From sequence record MK327931.1: a stretch of 64,000 bases of DNA; one strand, 5' to 3'. The notes under the pieces are model-generated. The model had not been told where the DNA came from. It saw nothing but the letters and a program-made list of their open reading frames with translations, and made no database searches. The DNA is from Escherichia phage vB_EcoM_G17. Positions within the stretch are counted from its first letter, which is position 1. Each line of letters starts with the position of its first letter. Shown here piece after piece: positions 1 through 8,871 of the stretch. The position numbers and the translations under genes are program-made.

Positions 1-182
1 AGATCAAATTCTTCAGTCCACCTTCTGTGCCCTTTGCTTTCATTGCAGATGATTTTATATTTTACATCTGGTTTAAAAGTTTCAGTACTGTCATCCCATG
101 CACCATAGTCAGTATATTCATCATTTTCATCTAACTCTGCTAGATGCCACATTAATTGTGGTAAAAAGATTTTAGATTTCAT
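1..182 (-). CDS. hypothetical protein, N-terminal part only (gene runs past window start)
   Basis: ATG at 182..180 with GGAG about 9 nt upstream; frame stays open to position 1. Confidence 0.4.
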   Translation of the reverse strand, partial: MKSKIFLPQLMWHLAELDENDEYTDYGAWDDSTETFKPDVKYKIICNESKGHRRWTEEFD

Positions 183-193
183 TTATTTTCTCC

Positions 194-221
194 AAAAAAA
201 AGGACTTGAATACTCAAGTCC
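194..221 (-). terminator. rho-independent terminator-like hairpin after HNH gene
   Basis: 8-bp stem GGACTTGA/TCAAGTCC (202-209 / 214-221) followed on minus strand by a T8 run (A-run 194-201 on plus). Confidence 0.5.
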
Positions 222-234
222 CTATAATATCATA

Positions 235-846
235 TCAATCATGTTTATTCAATTTCTTCTGTTCTTTTTTCAAAGCTTTCATATGACGACCAAACTCTCG
301 AACATGCCATAGATGATCGGTTTCCCATAATTCTTGACGTAACCTACGTTCTTCTAGTAGTTTCGACTTGTCAATGTTATTTTTCTTTTTTTGTACATTA
401 AAGAAATTATTCATATGTTCTTGGAGAAGATTACGACCTTTAACTTTCTCAAGAAACTCATCAACTGTTTCAGTTTTATTCGAACGTAGTTGATTACATC
501 TGGAGCACATAGTATTAAAGTTTGACTCTAAATCAGGTCCACCCTTAGATGCCAGATGATTATGGTCAACTGTCATTAAAACTTCATAAAGACCACATAC
601 AGCATATACATTTAAATGTGGTTTACCATATACTGGATCAGAACATAATGAACGTTCAATGCGTACTTCAGTAGCTTCAATCCCACATGCCACGCATTTT
701 GGATTCTTAACAAAAGTAAGAACTTTTTGTGGGAAATATCGAAAAGTAATACCATTTAAAGTGTAGCGTTTCATCTTAGTACTTCGTTGATTTAATTCGT
801 CAAGAAGTGATAATTTTGTCGTATAGTAAACATGATATTTGTTCAT
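235..846 (-). CDS. HNH-family endonuclease (free-standing, homing-endonuclease-like)
   Basis: Motif VDHNHLASKGGPDLESNFNTMCSRCNQ (D-H-N...N...C..C) plus upstream CxxC pair; start moved to Met16 of track ORF (AAGGAA SD, 1 nt after upstream stop); track start 891 overlaps the upstream gene. Confidence 0.6.
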   Translation of the reverse strand: MNKYHVYYTTKLSLLDELNQRSTKMKRYTLNGITFRYFPQKVLTFVKNPKCVACGIEATEVRIERSLCSDPVYGKPHLNVYAVCGLYEVLMTVDHNHLASKGGPDLESNFNTMCSRCNQLRSNKTETVDEFLEKVKGRNLLQEHMNNFFNVQKKKNNIDKSKLLEERRLRQELWETDHLWHVREFGRHMKALKKEQKKLNKHD

Positions 847-847
847 T

Positions 848-1156
848 TTATTCCTTGATATTGATTTTAATATCTTTACCTTGTAAATCACGAATAGTTT
901 TAATCAATGCGTCGTGTTTTAAAGCACATTCATTGTAGACTGCATCCCAACGAGTAAGTACTTTAAGAATTTCTGCACCATCATAACCTTTAAAACCATT
1001 TTTGTCAATCATAATTTTTTGTGGTAGAGGTGTATCATCATCACATCTTTCTAACAGAATTTCTTGTTTAATTGGTGCGGGGGATTGTAGTTTTACTTGC
1101 TCGGCACACCCACTTATAATTAAAAAAGAAATCATTGGAACTAATAATTTTTTCAT
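848..1156 (-). CDS. outer-membrane lipoprotein, putative o-spanin (Rz1-like)
   Basis: Signal peptide with lipobox IISGC; ATGA overlap with the upstream TM/coiled-coil gene; arrangement like T4 pseT.3/pseT.2 separated spanins. Confidence 0.5.
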   Translation of the reverse strand: MKKLLVPMISFLIISGCAEQVKLQSPAPIKQEILLERCDDDTPLPQKIMIDKNGFKGYDGAEILKVLTRWDAVYNECALKHDALIKTIRDLQGKDIKINIKE

Positions 1157-1527
1157 TTGAATTTATTCCTCGCTGCTTGAGAATTTTGTTTTAGTTCATT
1201 CAGTACTTTTACACCATCTTCATCTAAACATACATTCTTATAAACTTCACGTTCTACAATAAAAGGAACCTTTGTTTCAATAACTTTAGCATTATCTTCC
1301 ATGATTTTTTTAGTTTCAAGGTAATTTTTTGCATTTTCTTGTTGCATTTTATCCAAGGCGGTATCAACTTTTTTAGCTATTTGTTGCTCTATGCTTTGTT
1401 GATATCCACTGTAATAAGTATTAGCTTCCCAACCAGCATAAGCTGAACCGCCAATTAATAATACAAAAGAAATTGGTTTCCAAAATGGAATAAGAATTTT
1501 TGAAACAATTATTTCTAACATACTCAT
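1153..1527 (-). CDS. putative i-spanin (Rz-like), N-terminal TM anchor with charged helical periplasmic region
   Basis: Hydrophobic N-terminal segment (ILIPFWKPISFVLLIGGSAYAGW) then K/E/Q-rich region; immediately precedes lipoprotein gene. Confidence 0.5.
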   Translation of the reverse strand: MSMLEIIVSKILIPFWKPISFVLLIGGSAYAGWEANTYYSGYQQSIEQQIAKKVDTALDKMQQENAKNYLETKKIMEDNAKVIETKVPFIVEREVYKNVCLDEDGVKVLNELKQNSQAARNKFK

Positions 1528-1580
1528 AATAATATCTCCTATAGTTGATGATATTATTTAGAGTATACAATTGTATAGTT

Positions 1581-2000
1581 TTACAACATTTTTTGAATAT
1601 GTTCTACTAGTTCATACAGCTTCGTTTCATTATTCTCGAACTTTTCATCAACTTCAACATTGAATTTTTCTTCTAGTTCCATGACCATTTCAATCCAATC
1701 AAGCCAATCAAAATTGAATTTTTCTTCGACTTCCAATTTAGTAAGATTGAAGTTCGCTGATACCTCATTCTCTGATGTATCACAGTAACGAGTAGTGATG
1801 AATTTGACAATTTCTTTTTCAACATCGTTTAATTCACGAGTTTGATATTCGGGCTGAAGATACCACCATTCTCCCTTATTAATAGATTCCAATTCTTGTT
1901 TGATTTCATGCATTACTTTATAACGGTCAGTACTTTTATCAATAGAATTTACTTCTTGGTTCAATACATGTAGTGCATTTTTAATACGTTCATTTAACAT
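1581..2000 (-). CDS. hypothetical protein with acyl-carrier-protein-like C-terminal motif lacking the phosphopantetheine serine
   Basis: NFDWLDWIEMVMELEEKFNVEVDE resembles ACP helix-II motif (DSLDxVELVMALEEEF) with Ser replaced by Trp. Confidence 0.5.
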   Translation of the reverse strand: MLNERIKNALHVLNQEVNSIDKSTDRYKVMHEIKQELESINKGEWWYLQPEYQTRELNDVEKEIVKFITTRYCDTSENEVSANFNLTKLEVEEKFNFDWLDWIEMVMELEEKFNVEVDEKFENNETKLYELVEHIQKML

Positions 2001-2013
2001 TTTATCACCTTAT

Positions 2014-2043
2014 AAAAAAAGAGAACTCCATATGAAGTTCTCT
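2014..2043 (-). terminator. rho-independent terminator-like hairpin
   Basis: 8-bp stem AGAGAACT/AGTTCTCT with 8-nt loop, followed on minus strand by T7. Confidence 0.5.
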
Positions 2044-2074
2044 GATTATACATAATTACTTTTTCTATGTCAAG

Positions 2075-4864
2075 TTATAAATCACGGAAACGATTTGGTG
2101 TGTTTAAGCGGTACATTGAGTATAATCCCAATCCACGCATAATCTCACCTGCCCAGAAACCAAAAAACATACCATTATCAGTACCTTCTCTAACTGCTGG
2201 ACTCCATGAACCATTCATTGGAGAACCTGGACTTACAATAACATAGTTCTTTTGAAGTTCGAGAACTAAGTTATCAGCGAGTGTTGTTAGACCTTCTATT
2301 TTACATCCAGCCAATCCAGCAGCACAAGCCCCAGCTAACCACAACCCACACATATGACCTGTAAAGTCCCAATCTGGACCTTCAACTGTGCCATCTTTAT
2401 TGAAGATTGTTGGTGAACGACCATCATTATCTTTTTGAAATTGAATTAAAAAGTGAATCCAATTCTCACAAAATTCAACAAGATCTGCTGGTGGTTCAAT
2501 TCCTCTCTCTGCGAGTTCTTGCCATGCTCTGGCAGCCCCAAAGAACGCACGTGGTTCATACCCACTCCATGCTTGATCACCCCAATGTAGCATAGTAAAT
2601 GTATCTGGTTCACCATATTTTAAGTTATCCCAGCGGTTCCAAACATATGCTTGTGCACATGGACCAACAGTACCGAATTGTTGAGTAAACCATGTTTGAG
2701 AATCTTTCATAAAGCTTAACATGTTGCCTAAACGTGTGTTATCAACTGGTTGGTCTTTAAAACAATATATCACAGGATATTGATAACCTGGATACGGTAA
2801 ACCACGCCATCCTGAATACTGGTTCGCATACGGGTCAGTGATGTTAGAAAATGGTATTGTTCCTGGTGTGTAATGCAATGAGTTTAACAAATAATCCTTG
2901 ATTACACAATCCCCTAACTGTGCAGTATATGGTGATTCACCTGCAATTGTTATTGAAAATGTCATAGTATAGTCATCACCGTCAGCATCCGTGTATAATT
3001 CTGGAATGTCATTAATACAATACCAATCAATTATTGCAGCAACACCATCTACTGGGGTTGTATCAGGTAAAATAGTAATATCTTCTAGTTCACTATAAAC
3101 TGGTGCATCTGGTCTTGGGTCAGAACTTGGATGATTTGGCTGATACCCAGATAAACGTAATGTATCGGAACTTAGTGTGATTGTAGTCCATTCCCCGTGT
3201 GTTGCAGGAATCATCCACCACCATCTCCAACCATTATCATCTACAATTCTTATATTGTAATCATCTTCATATGAACGATAGGTAAAAGATTTAACTTCAG
3301 ACTTATTTGTTGCTAATAGCCAAAATCCAATAACAGCACCATCATCTTCACCACAAACTAACTGATTAATGGTATCGCGGCGTGTAACTAATATATCAGT
3401 ACTATATATCATTTCGGACGTAGCTGCACCATAAGGAACAACAATTCTACTATCAGCAATTATATAAGGGGAACCATCTGCTTTCTTTTCTCTAACAAAT
3501 GCACTTAAAGGTGTTAATGAATGTGTGATATTTTGGTCTTTACTTTCCGGTAAGCCACAACGATAACGAACAACATCATGGTCATTTTTTGTTTTTGACA
3601 ATTCCAGTACTGGTTTAAATGATAACGGCTTACCATCATCACATACACCACCATAGTCTACAAGTAATTTAGAATCAGCATTGACCCTGAACCAAATAGC
3701 TTGTTGTTCCATAGTACTTTGTGCACTTTGGTCTTGCCTGATAGTAATATATCCTAGAGAATTTCTACCAAACTTAGCAATAGCATCACTAGGATAAAAA
3801 TATTCATAGGAAATACCATCAGTGAATGGTGTGGTTACAATTGTACTTTGTCTGAAAAATTTATCTCTGGAGTCAATATCACCATAAGCATAACACGTTA
3901 GTAGTGAACATTTCCAACCCAAATAATGTTTTCTTTCTTTTGTTATTTTATATAACAAATAAGAAGCATCACTAAACCATAATTCTGCATCTGATGCGTT
4001 ATCAGCAAATTCCAAATCAATTGGAACATGAAGAGGGCGGTTGTGTTGCATTTCATTTCGTTGAATTATCACACCACCATATTCTACTGGTTGACGATTT
4101 GCAAAATTTAATTTATATACACCATTAATTGTTGTATTCTTTAATTGAACAGTTCCTTTTTCCGATTCGTCAAAACCTTCTGCTAAAATATTACCATCCC
4201 AGTCGATTTTTCTACCCATGAAATCGATAATCCAGTCAACATCATATTGTTCACCTGGTGTATCCCAATCAACACTACCATCTGGTAATAATGCTTTTAC
4301 TGACGCATTTATTTGGTTCCATGCTAAAGCACCTTTGAATGCAAATGTTACTTTATCCAAGAACTGACCATAATAAGGTGCACCATGTGGTATTTTACAT
4401 TGTCCATTTGTAAATGTAAATTCTACACCCTTGAAACCACCATGTGTAGGCCATCCATCATCAGCTAAAGGCCAGTTAGCCAATATAGGTTCTTTGGCAT
4501 TAACTATCCAGTTACATTGTAGTGGTGTAGGTGGATCTGGTAATTCACGTCCAGCATAAAAGTACTGATGATATGCGTCCCAATACCACTTTGCCTTATC
4601 TAAAAACATTGGATCATTTGTTGCCAGATACGCATAAATGTATCCTAAAATTAATAGACTTTGACCTTCTGTTGTCCCGTCACCGTTTGGTTGACCTTCC
4701 ATTGCAGAATAGTTAATAAAATGACGGTTGTTCGCCAAAACACCCTGATTATTCACCACATAATGTTGTACTGTTGGATCTATAGTATCACCAGTATTTC
4801 TTTCAATAAACTTATGATGCCCATAAAGAAGTTGTACTATATTATCAATATTATTGTTTAACAT
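2075..4864 (-). CDS. large Trp-rich protein (929 aa), possibly a virion-associated glycan-binding or glycan-degrading protein (tailspike/depolymerase-like)
   Basis: Uninterrupted 2.8 kb ORF adjacent to tail-fibre module; many aromatic/Trp motifs (WYWDAY, DGWPTHGG, HWGDQAWSGYEP) typical of carbohydrate-active domains; function inferred only. Confidence 0.7.
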   Translation of the reverse strand: MLNNNIDNIVQLLYGHHKFIERNTGDTIDPTVQHYVVNNQGVLANNRHFINYSAMEGQPNGDGTTEGQSLLILGYIYAYLATNDPMFLDKAKWYWDAYHQYFYAGRELPDPPTPLQCNWIVNAKEPILANWPLADDGWPTHGGFKGVEFTFTNGQCKIPHGAPYYGQFLDKVTFAFKGALAWNQINASVKALLPDGSVDWDTPGEQYDVDWIIDFMGRKIDWDGNILAEGFDESEKGTVQLKNTTINGVYKLNFANRQPVEYGGVIIQRNEMQHNRPLHVPIDLEFADNASDAELWFSDASYLLYKITKERKHYLGWKCSLLTCYAYGDIDSRDKFFRQSTIVTTPFTDGISYEYFYPSDAIAKFGRNSLGYITIRQDQSAQSTMEQQAIWFRVNADSKLLVDYGGVCDDGKPLSFKPVLELSKTKNDHDVVRYRCGLPESKDQNITHSLTPLSAFVREKKADGSPYIIADSRIVVPYGAATSEMIYSTDILVTRRDTINQLVCGEDDGAVIGFWLLATNKSEVKSFTYRSYEDDYNIRIVDDNGWRWWWMIPATHGEWTTITLSSDTLRLSGYQPNHPSSDPRPDAPVYSELEDITILPDTTPVDGVAAIIDWYCINDIPELYTDADGDDYTMTFSITIAGESPYTAQLGDCVIKDYLLNSLHYTPGTIPFSNITDPYANQYSGWRGLPYPGYQYPVIYCFKDQPVDNTRLGNMLSFMKDSQTWFTQQFGTVGPCAQAYVWNRWDNLKYGEPDTFTMLHWGDQAWSGYEPRAFFGAARAWQELAERGIEPPADLVEFCENWIHFLIQFQKDNDGRSPTIFNKDGTVEGPDWDFTGHMCGLWLAGACAAGLAGCKIEGLTTLADNLVLELQKNYVIVSPGSPMNGSWSPAVREGTDNGMFFGFWAGEIMRGLGLYSMYRLNTPNRFRDL

Positions 4865-4865
4865 G

Positions 4866-5402
4866 TCATACTCCTGCTCTAATCAATGCACCGTACCATG
4901 TAACTCCTTTATCGTATGTTTCTAATGAAATAATATCTTTTTCACCAATTTCATAAGAAAGAACAACTGGTCTATTATATGACCATTTAACATTAGATCC
5001 CCAATTAACGAGGTTAGACCCTGTTTGCTGAGTTAATAGGATAGTAATTGAATAAACTTCAGTAGGAGCAGCACCAATAGCAATAGTGGTATTTCTGTCA
5101 GATAAATTAATATTAAAAACTGTATTACCTGATAGGGGATTAATTAAAATATTATTAGAACTCAATACATTATATAATTTGTTACTAGCACTATCATACA
5201 ATGTTACCCATTCTGTTTCATGATTCTCATTAGTAGCTTTAGCTTTTATTTTTACATTATTTTCGGAAGAAGTCATTCCAGTCCAGCCAGAAATAATAAA
5301 AGAACTGTTTTTATTTGTTCCAAATGATGCAATTACTGAATCACTAAGAGAACTATCTTCACCGTCAATAGATCCGAGTACTGACAATGTTAAAACCATC
5401 AT
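4866..5402 (-). CDS. hypothetical beta-rich structural-type protein (possibly the 3' part of a frameshifted gene)
   Basis: ORF with Ser/Asn/Thr-rich composition; starts ATGATG inside the end of ORF 5365..5565 in another frame. Confidence 0.5.
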   Translation of the reverse strand: MMVLTLSVLGSIDGEDSSLSDSVIASFGTNKNSSFIISGWTGMTSSENNVKIKAKATNENHETEWVTLYDSASNKLYNVLSSNNILINPLSGNTVFNINLSDRNTTIAIGAAPTEVYSITILLTQQTGSNLVNWGSNVKWSYNRPVVLSYEIGEKDIISLETYDKGVTWYGALIRAGV

Positions 5403-5565
5403 TTTTAATGTCTACACCAGTTGCACCTGAAAAATTATTTTGAAATTTAATAACTCCGGTAGTGTGGATATCTGTGAAAATTTGTTGTGCCATACTTAAT
5501 CCTTGCGTTAATTTATATTGAGTATTTATTGAGTATAATGGCATTTTTAGTACCATTATACTCAT
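5365..5565 (-). CDS. hypothetical protein (possibly the 5' part of a frameshifted gene continuing in 4866..5402)
   Basis: 66-aa ORF whose last 38 nt overlap the start of the next ORF; overlap contains an A-rich AAAAATGATGG stretch. Confidence 0.4.
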   Translation of the reverse strand: MSIMVLKMPLYSINTQYKLTQGLSMAQQIFTDIHTTGVIKFQNNFSGATGVDIKNDGFNIVSTRIY

Positions 5566-5570
5566 GTATG

Positions 5571-6803
5571 TTACTTATACCATTGCATTTCTCTGATATC
5601 AATGATAATTTTTGATGCTAATTTAATGTTTGGTTTTTTGGGAAGTACTGATTTCTTATATAGAACATCACGAATGTATTGTACTTTATCATCGAAATAT
5701 TCTAATACTTCTTCATACTTCCACTTACCATTACGAATATCCATCAACATTTGTGCATCAGGTCGTTTAACTTGAATAATTCCACTCTGTAAAGCTTCTT
5801 CTGCACTATTCAAAAGTCTAATTGTGTGCATAGCATGTTTACAATCGTATCCGTGTTGTGATTCTAAAACAGCACGTTTGGCATTACGATTTTCTTTCCA
5901 TTTATGATAACTTTTCCTATTCTCACTATTCTCCTGATATTCTTTTTCGTTAAATTTTACAATTAGTTCTGGTTTGGTTTTCAACTCTTCAGTACTACGT
6001 TCTTTTGAAAAATAACGCAATGAACCATCATGGTTAATAGTGCTTTCATTAGGATTCTTAACAATCGCAAAAATGTTTTCTCCGTAATGAATTAGTTCAT
6101 AACCATTATTAAAATTCAATAAATTGAAATCACGATCAAGAATTTTTTCAGTAGTGTAGTTATGCACTAATCTTACGAAATGATATTGCTTTAATGGATT
6201 TTTCGAAACTAACTGCAATGATGTATCACGCATATATTTTTCAAAATCAATCTTTTTAGCATTAAATGGATGTAAGTTGGATGTATCTAAACGTTCAACA
6301 AGATACTGTGGGAATGAATCATACATCCACGCAAGAACCTCATCGACAGGGTGTTCTTCTAAAATCTCATTTAATCGTTTTTCAGCAATACGCTCTTTAT
6401 CCATCCAACCGTGATGATTTGTCATACGCTTAATCTGATTATATGCATATCCAGTGTATGAAAATGCAATCTTGGAACTAAGAAGTTTTTGGTTAAATGA
6501 ACGAAGATAGTCATAAATTTCAGTACTTTCCACAATGTGTTCAGGTTCAACCCAAAGTGATTCAAGAATATTAGGGTTAGCTTCAGTGTATAATTTTAAA
6601 TACTGATTCAACTCATAGAATTTAGTATCTTCTTCGCTTTTGTCAGCTACCTCTTTGACCTTATAGAAGGGTGTAAGAATAAATTCTTTATTAGCAAGAA
6701 AAATACCACGATAATCAGTATCACTTTCCGGTGTACTGGTTCCGTAGGCTTGTGACCCAGCCAAGTGTTTCACTATTGTTTGTTCAATATATTGGTTATT
6801 CAT
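5571..6803 (-). CDS. DNA polymerase beta-superfamily nucleotidyltransferase (predicted)
   Basis: N-terminal GSQAYGTSTPESDTDYRG matches the hG[GS]...DxD nucleotidyltransferase signature. Confidence 0.55.
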   Translation of the reverse strand: MNNQYIEQTIVKHLAGSQAYGTSTPESDTDYRGIFLANKEFILTPFYKVKEVADKSEEDTKFYELNQYLKLYTEANPNILESLWVEPEHIVESTEIYDYLRSFNQKLLSSKIAFSYTGYAYNQIKRMTNHHGWMDKERIAEKRLNEILEEHPVDEVLAWMYDSFPQYLVERLDTSNLHPFNAKKIDFEKYMRDTSLQLVSKNPLKQYHFVRLVHNYTTEKILDRDFNLLNFNNGYELIHYGENIFAIVKNPNESTINHDGSLRYFSKERSTEELKTKPELIVKFNEKEYQENSENRKSYHKWKENRNAKRAVLESQHGYDCKHAMHTIRLLNSAEEALQSGIIQVKRPDAQMLMDIRNGKWKYEEVLEYFDDKVQYIRDVLYKKSVLPKKPNIKLASKIIIDIREMQWYK

Positions 6804-7201
6804 AGATAAATTGTTAACTCCTTTAAGAAACCATTATAATAACGATTAAAGTCATGTTCTAATGTTTTATAATCATCAAAACTAAAACCTAAATTGATAA
6901 TTGTATCTTCTTGAAAGAAAGTTTCTTCATTCATACATTCAATAGGTTCGTAATTAATTCCACCTTTGAAAACTTTTGTAAAAAACATTCCATCATTATT
7001 AATTTCAACATACATAAAATTATTTTCTGGGTCACGAGGACAGACGATATTCAGTGAACTATTTCCACTTGTATTGTACTCATAAGAAATTATATCAAAA
7101 GAATCAATACCATAACACTTAGATTTTTCTTTATCGCCAAATACTTTTCTATCTGTACTCATATTGCGTATAGTGCTATAGATATCATCAACTGTAGTCA
7201 T
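6800..7201 (-). CDS. hypothetical protein
   Basis: ORF co-oriented with and overlapping flanking genes by 4 nt. Confidence 0.5.
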   Translation of the reverse strand: MTTVDDIYSTIRNMSTDRKVFGDKEKSKCYGIDSFDIISYEYNTSGNSSLNIVCPRDPENNFMYVEINNDGMFFTKVFKGGINYEPIECMNEETFFQEDTIINLGFSFDDYKTLEHDFNRYYNGFLKELTIYL

Positions 7202-7203
7202 AG

Positions 7204-7713
7204 TTAACCACCATACTTTGACTTGTATGTTTCAAGTGATAAAGATATACGATTTTGCTTTTTAATTCTTTCATCAATATCCTTTGAATTCTTCACACTT
7301 CGGTATACGTCAGCTAATAAATTATAATCTTCTTTATTTGAGCTATGCTGTGTCCAACCTATGTCTGTTTTAATACGAACATTTGCTTTATTTGACGAGT
7401 AAAAGAAACTGAAACCATTTGACCCATCAAAAATATCAAAAGTATCTACCCAATCACCATAAGGAAAACTCATCGGGACTGACTCGTGGTCGATTGTGAT
7501 ATCCGATAAATTTTTTGAACAGTACTTCGCAAAGTGATAAACAATTGGATCACATTTAGATAATTCATATTTGTATTCAATGATAGTTTTTCTATTAGCA
7601 TCATTGATAGCATATTCTTTCATCAATGGGCTTTTTTTGATGATAAGAGTCCACAGAAACGATTCTAATCCGGTTTCATCAACTTTTTGTTTCTTTTTGA
7701 AAAATGAAATCAT
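7204..7713 (-). CDS. hypothetical protein, member of a 3-gene tandem paralog set
   Basis: Shares motif KSPxxK..xxDxxRKxxIExKYxLSK with 7710..8231 and 8238..8804. Confidence 0.55.
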   Translation of the reverse strand: MISFFKKKQKVDETGLESFLWTLIIKKSPLMKEYAINDANRKTIIEYKYELSKCDPIVYHFAKYCSKNLSDITIDHESVPMSFPYGDWVDTFDIFDGSNGFSFFYSSNKANVRIKTDIGWTQHSSNKEDYNLLADVYRSVKNSKDIDERIKKQNRISLSLETYKSKYGG

Positions 7714-8231
7714 TTATATAAACCCTTAATTTTCTGTCTATTATGTATATCATTTTGCTGGATTTTCAATTTAGTAAGGTTGTTTCTTACACCTTCAACT
7801 CCACGCATTATTTGTAACATAATTAGTGATTCGTCATATGTTAGTACATTGCTATTATTATCGATATATACTTTCACTCCACTTTCAAGATAATCATTTT
7901 CTTTGGAGTTAAAGTTTCTAATAGCAAACTTAACGCCATTTGATGTATCACTGAAAACATATCGTTCCGCACCGTAGAATGTTTTTCCACGAAATAAACC
8001 GCCGTCTTCCCACTTCCAACGACTAGATTCATAATCATTAACGTAATCAATGATTAAAGAAAGTAAAGGGTGTTTGCTCAATTTATATTTTGCATCTAAC
8101 AGGATACGTCTATCATTATCTGTGGTGATAATATCCTTTAGTGAGTAGCTTTTAGATATAATTTTAAAGATAATTTCATGCCAAATTAAAGTACTGTTTT
8201 GTTTTCCAACTGATCCAAAAAACATATCCAT
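7710..8231 (-). CDS. hypothetical protein, tandem paralog
   Basis: Paralog motif KSYSLKDIITTDNDRRILLDAKYKLSK; 4-nt overlap with neighbour. Confidence 0.55.
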   Translation of the reverse strand: MDMFFGSVGKQNSTLIWHEIIFKIISKSYSLKDIITTDNDRRILLDAKYKLSKHPLLSLIIDYVNDYESSRWKWEDGGLFRGKTFYGAERYVFSDTSNGVKFAIRNFNSKENDYLESGVKVYIDNNSNVLTYDESLIMLQIMRGVEGVRNNLTKLKIQQNDIHNRQKIKGLYK

Positions 8232-8237
8232 TCCTCA

Positions 8238-8804
8238 TTAGTATAAATCAGTAATGTCTTTGTATGCATTAATCTGTTTTTGTTGTAATGAAAGTTCATT
8301 GAGTTTAGTTACCATTTTATCTACACCAACACGTGTATAGAAAATAATAAATGAATCTAAATTGCCTAGAGTAATTCTTGAACTGAAATTTGAAAGTTTT
8401 CTTGCATAAACATAAATTTCTTCTTCACTTGGTAAACGTTTCTCAATCGGCCAGCTTTCCACACCATTCGGCTCATAATCGATTTCAAATTCAACTCCCA
8501 TCACTGTGTCTTGAATGAGATCCGTATATGAACCACCGTAAAAATACTCTCTTGGTTTGGCTCTCCAACGAGGACTAAATGGGTCAGATGCGTATTCTTT
8601 TACAAATTTGTAAAAGGACATTTTACTGAGCATATACTTCATCTCAATTAGTGCTTTGCGGTCATCATCAGTTTTAAACTCTGCTTTGAGCGATGGACTT
8701 TTACACAGTAACTTAACTAAATTGATGTACATCTTTAATGTACGTTGTTCTTTCATTTCTTTGATTTTGTGACGTTTTGGTGGCGGTAATAAAGATTTGA
8801 CCAT
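8238..8804 (-). CDS. hypothetical protein, tandem paralog
   Basis: Paralog motif KSPSLKAEFKTDDDRKALIEMKYMLSK. Confidence 0.55.
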   Translation of the reverse strand: MVKSLLPPPKRHKIKEMKEQRTLKMYINLVKLLCKSPSLKAEFKTDDDRKALIEMKYMLSKMSFYKFVKEYASDPFSPRWRAKPREYFYGGSYTDLIQDTVMGVEFEIDYEPNGVESWPIEKRLPSEEEIYVYARKLSNFSSRITLGNLDSFIIFYTRVGVDKMVTKLNELSLQQKQINAYKDITDLY

Positions 8805-8836
8805 AATTTCCTCCTATTTTTATTCAATTATACACA

Positions 8837-8867
8837 TAAAAGAAAAGCCCGTCAATAGACGAGCTTT
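8837..8867 (-). terminator. terminator-like hairpin after tail-fibre genes (imperfect)
   Basis: Stem AAAGCCCGTC/GACGAGCTTT with one mismatch, followed on minus strand by a U-rich tract. Confidence 0.35.
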
Positions 8868-8871
8868 AAAT

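Noticed and set aside
2407-4861. Plus-strand ORFs 2407..2595, 4531..4716 and 4661..4861 inside the 929-aa gene
   Set aside because: Antisense to a long well-supported minus-strand ORF, short, no SD and no recognisable motif; typical shadow ORFs in AT-rich DNA.
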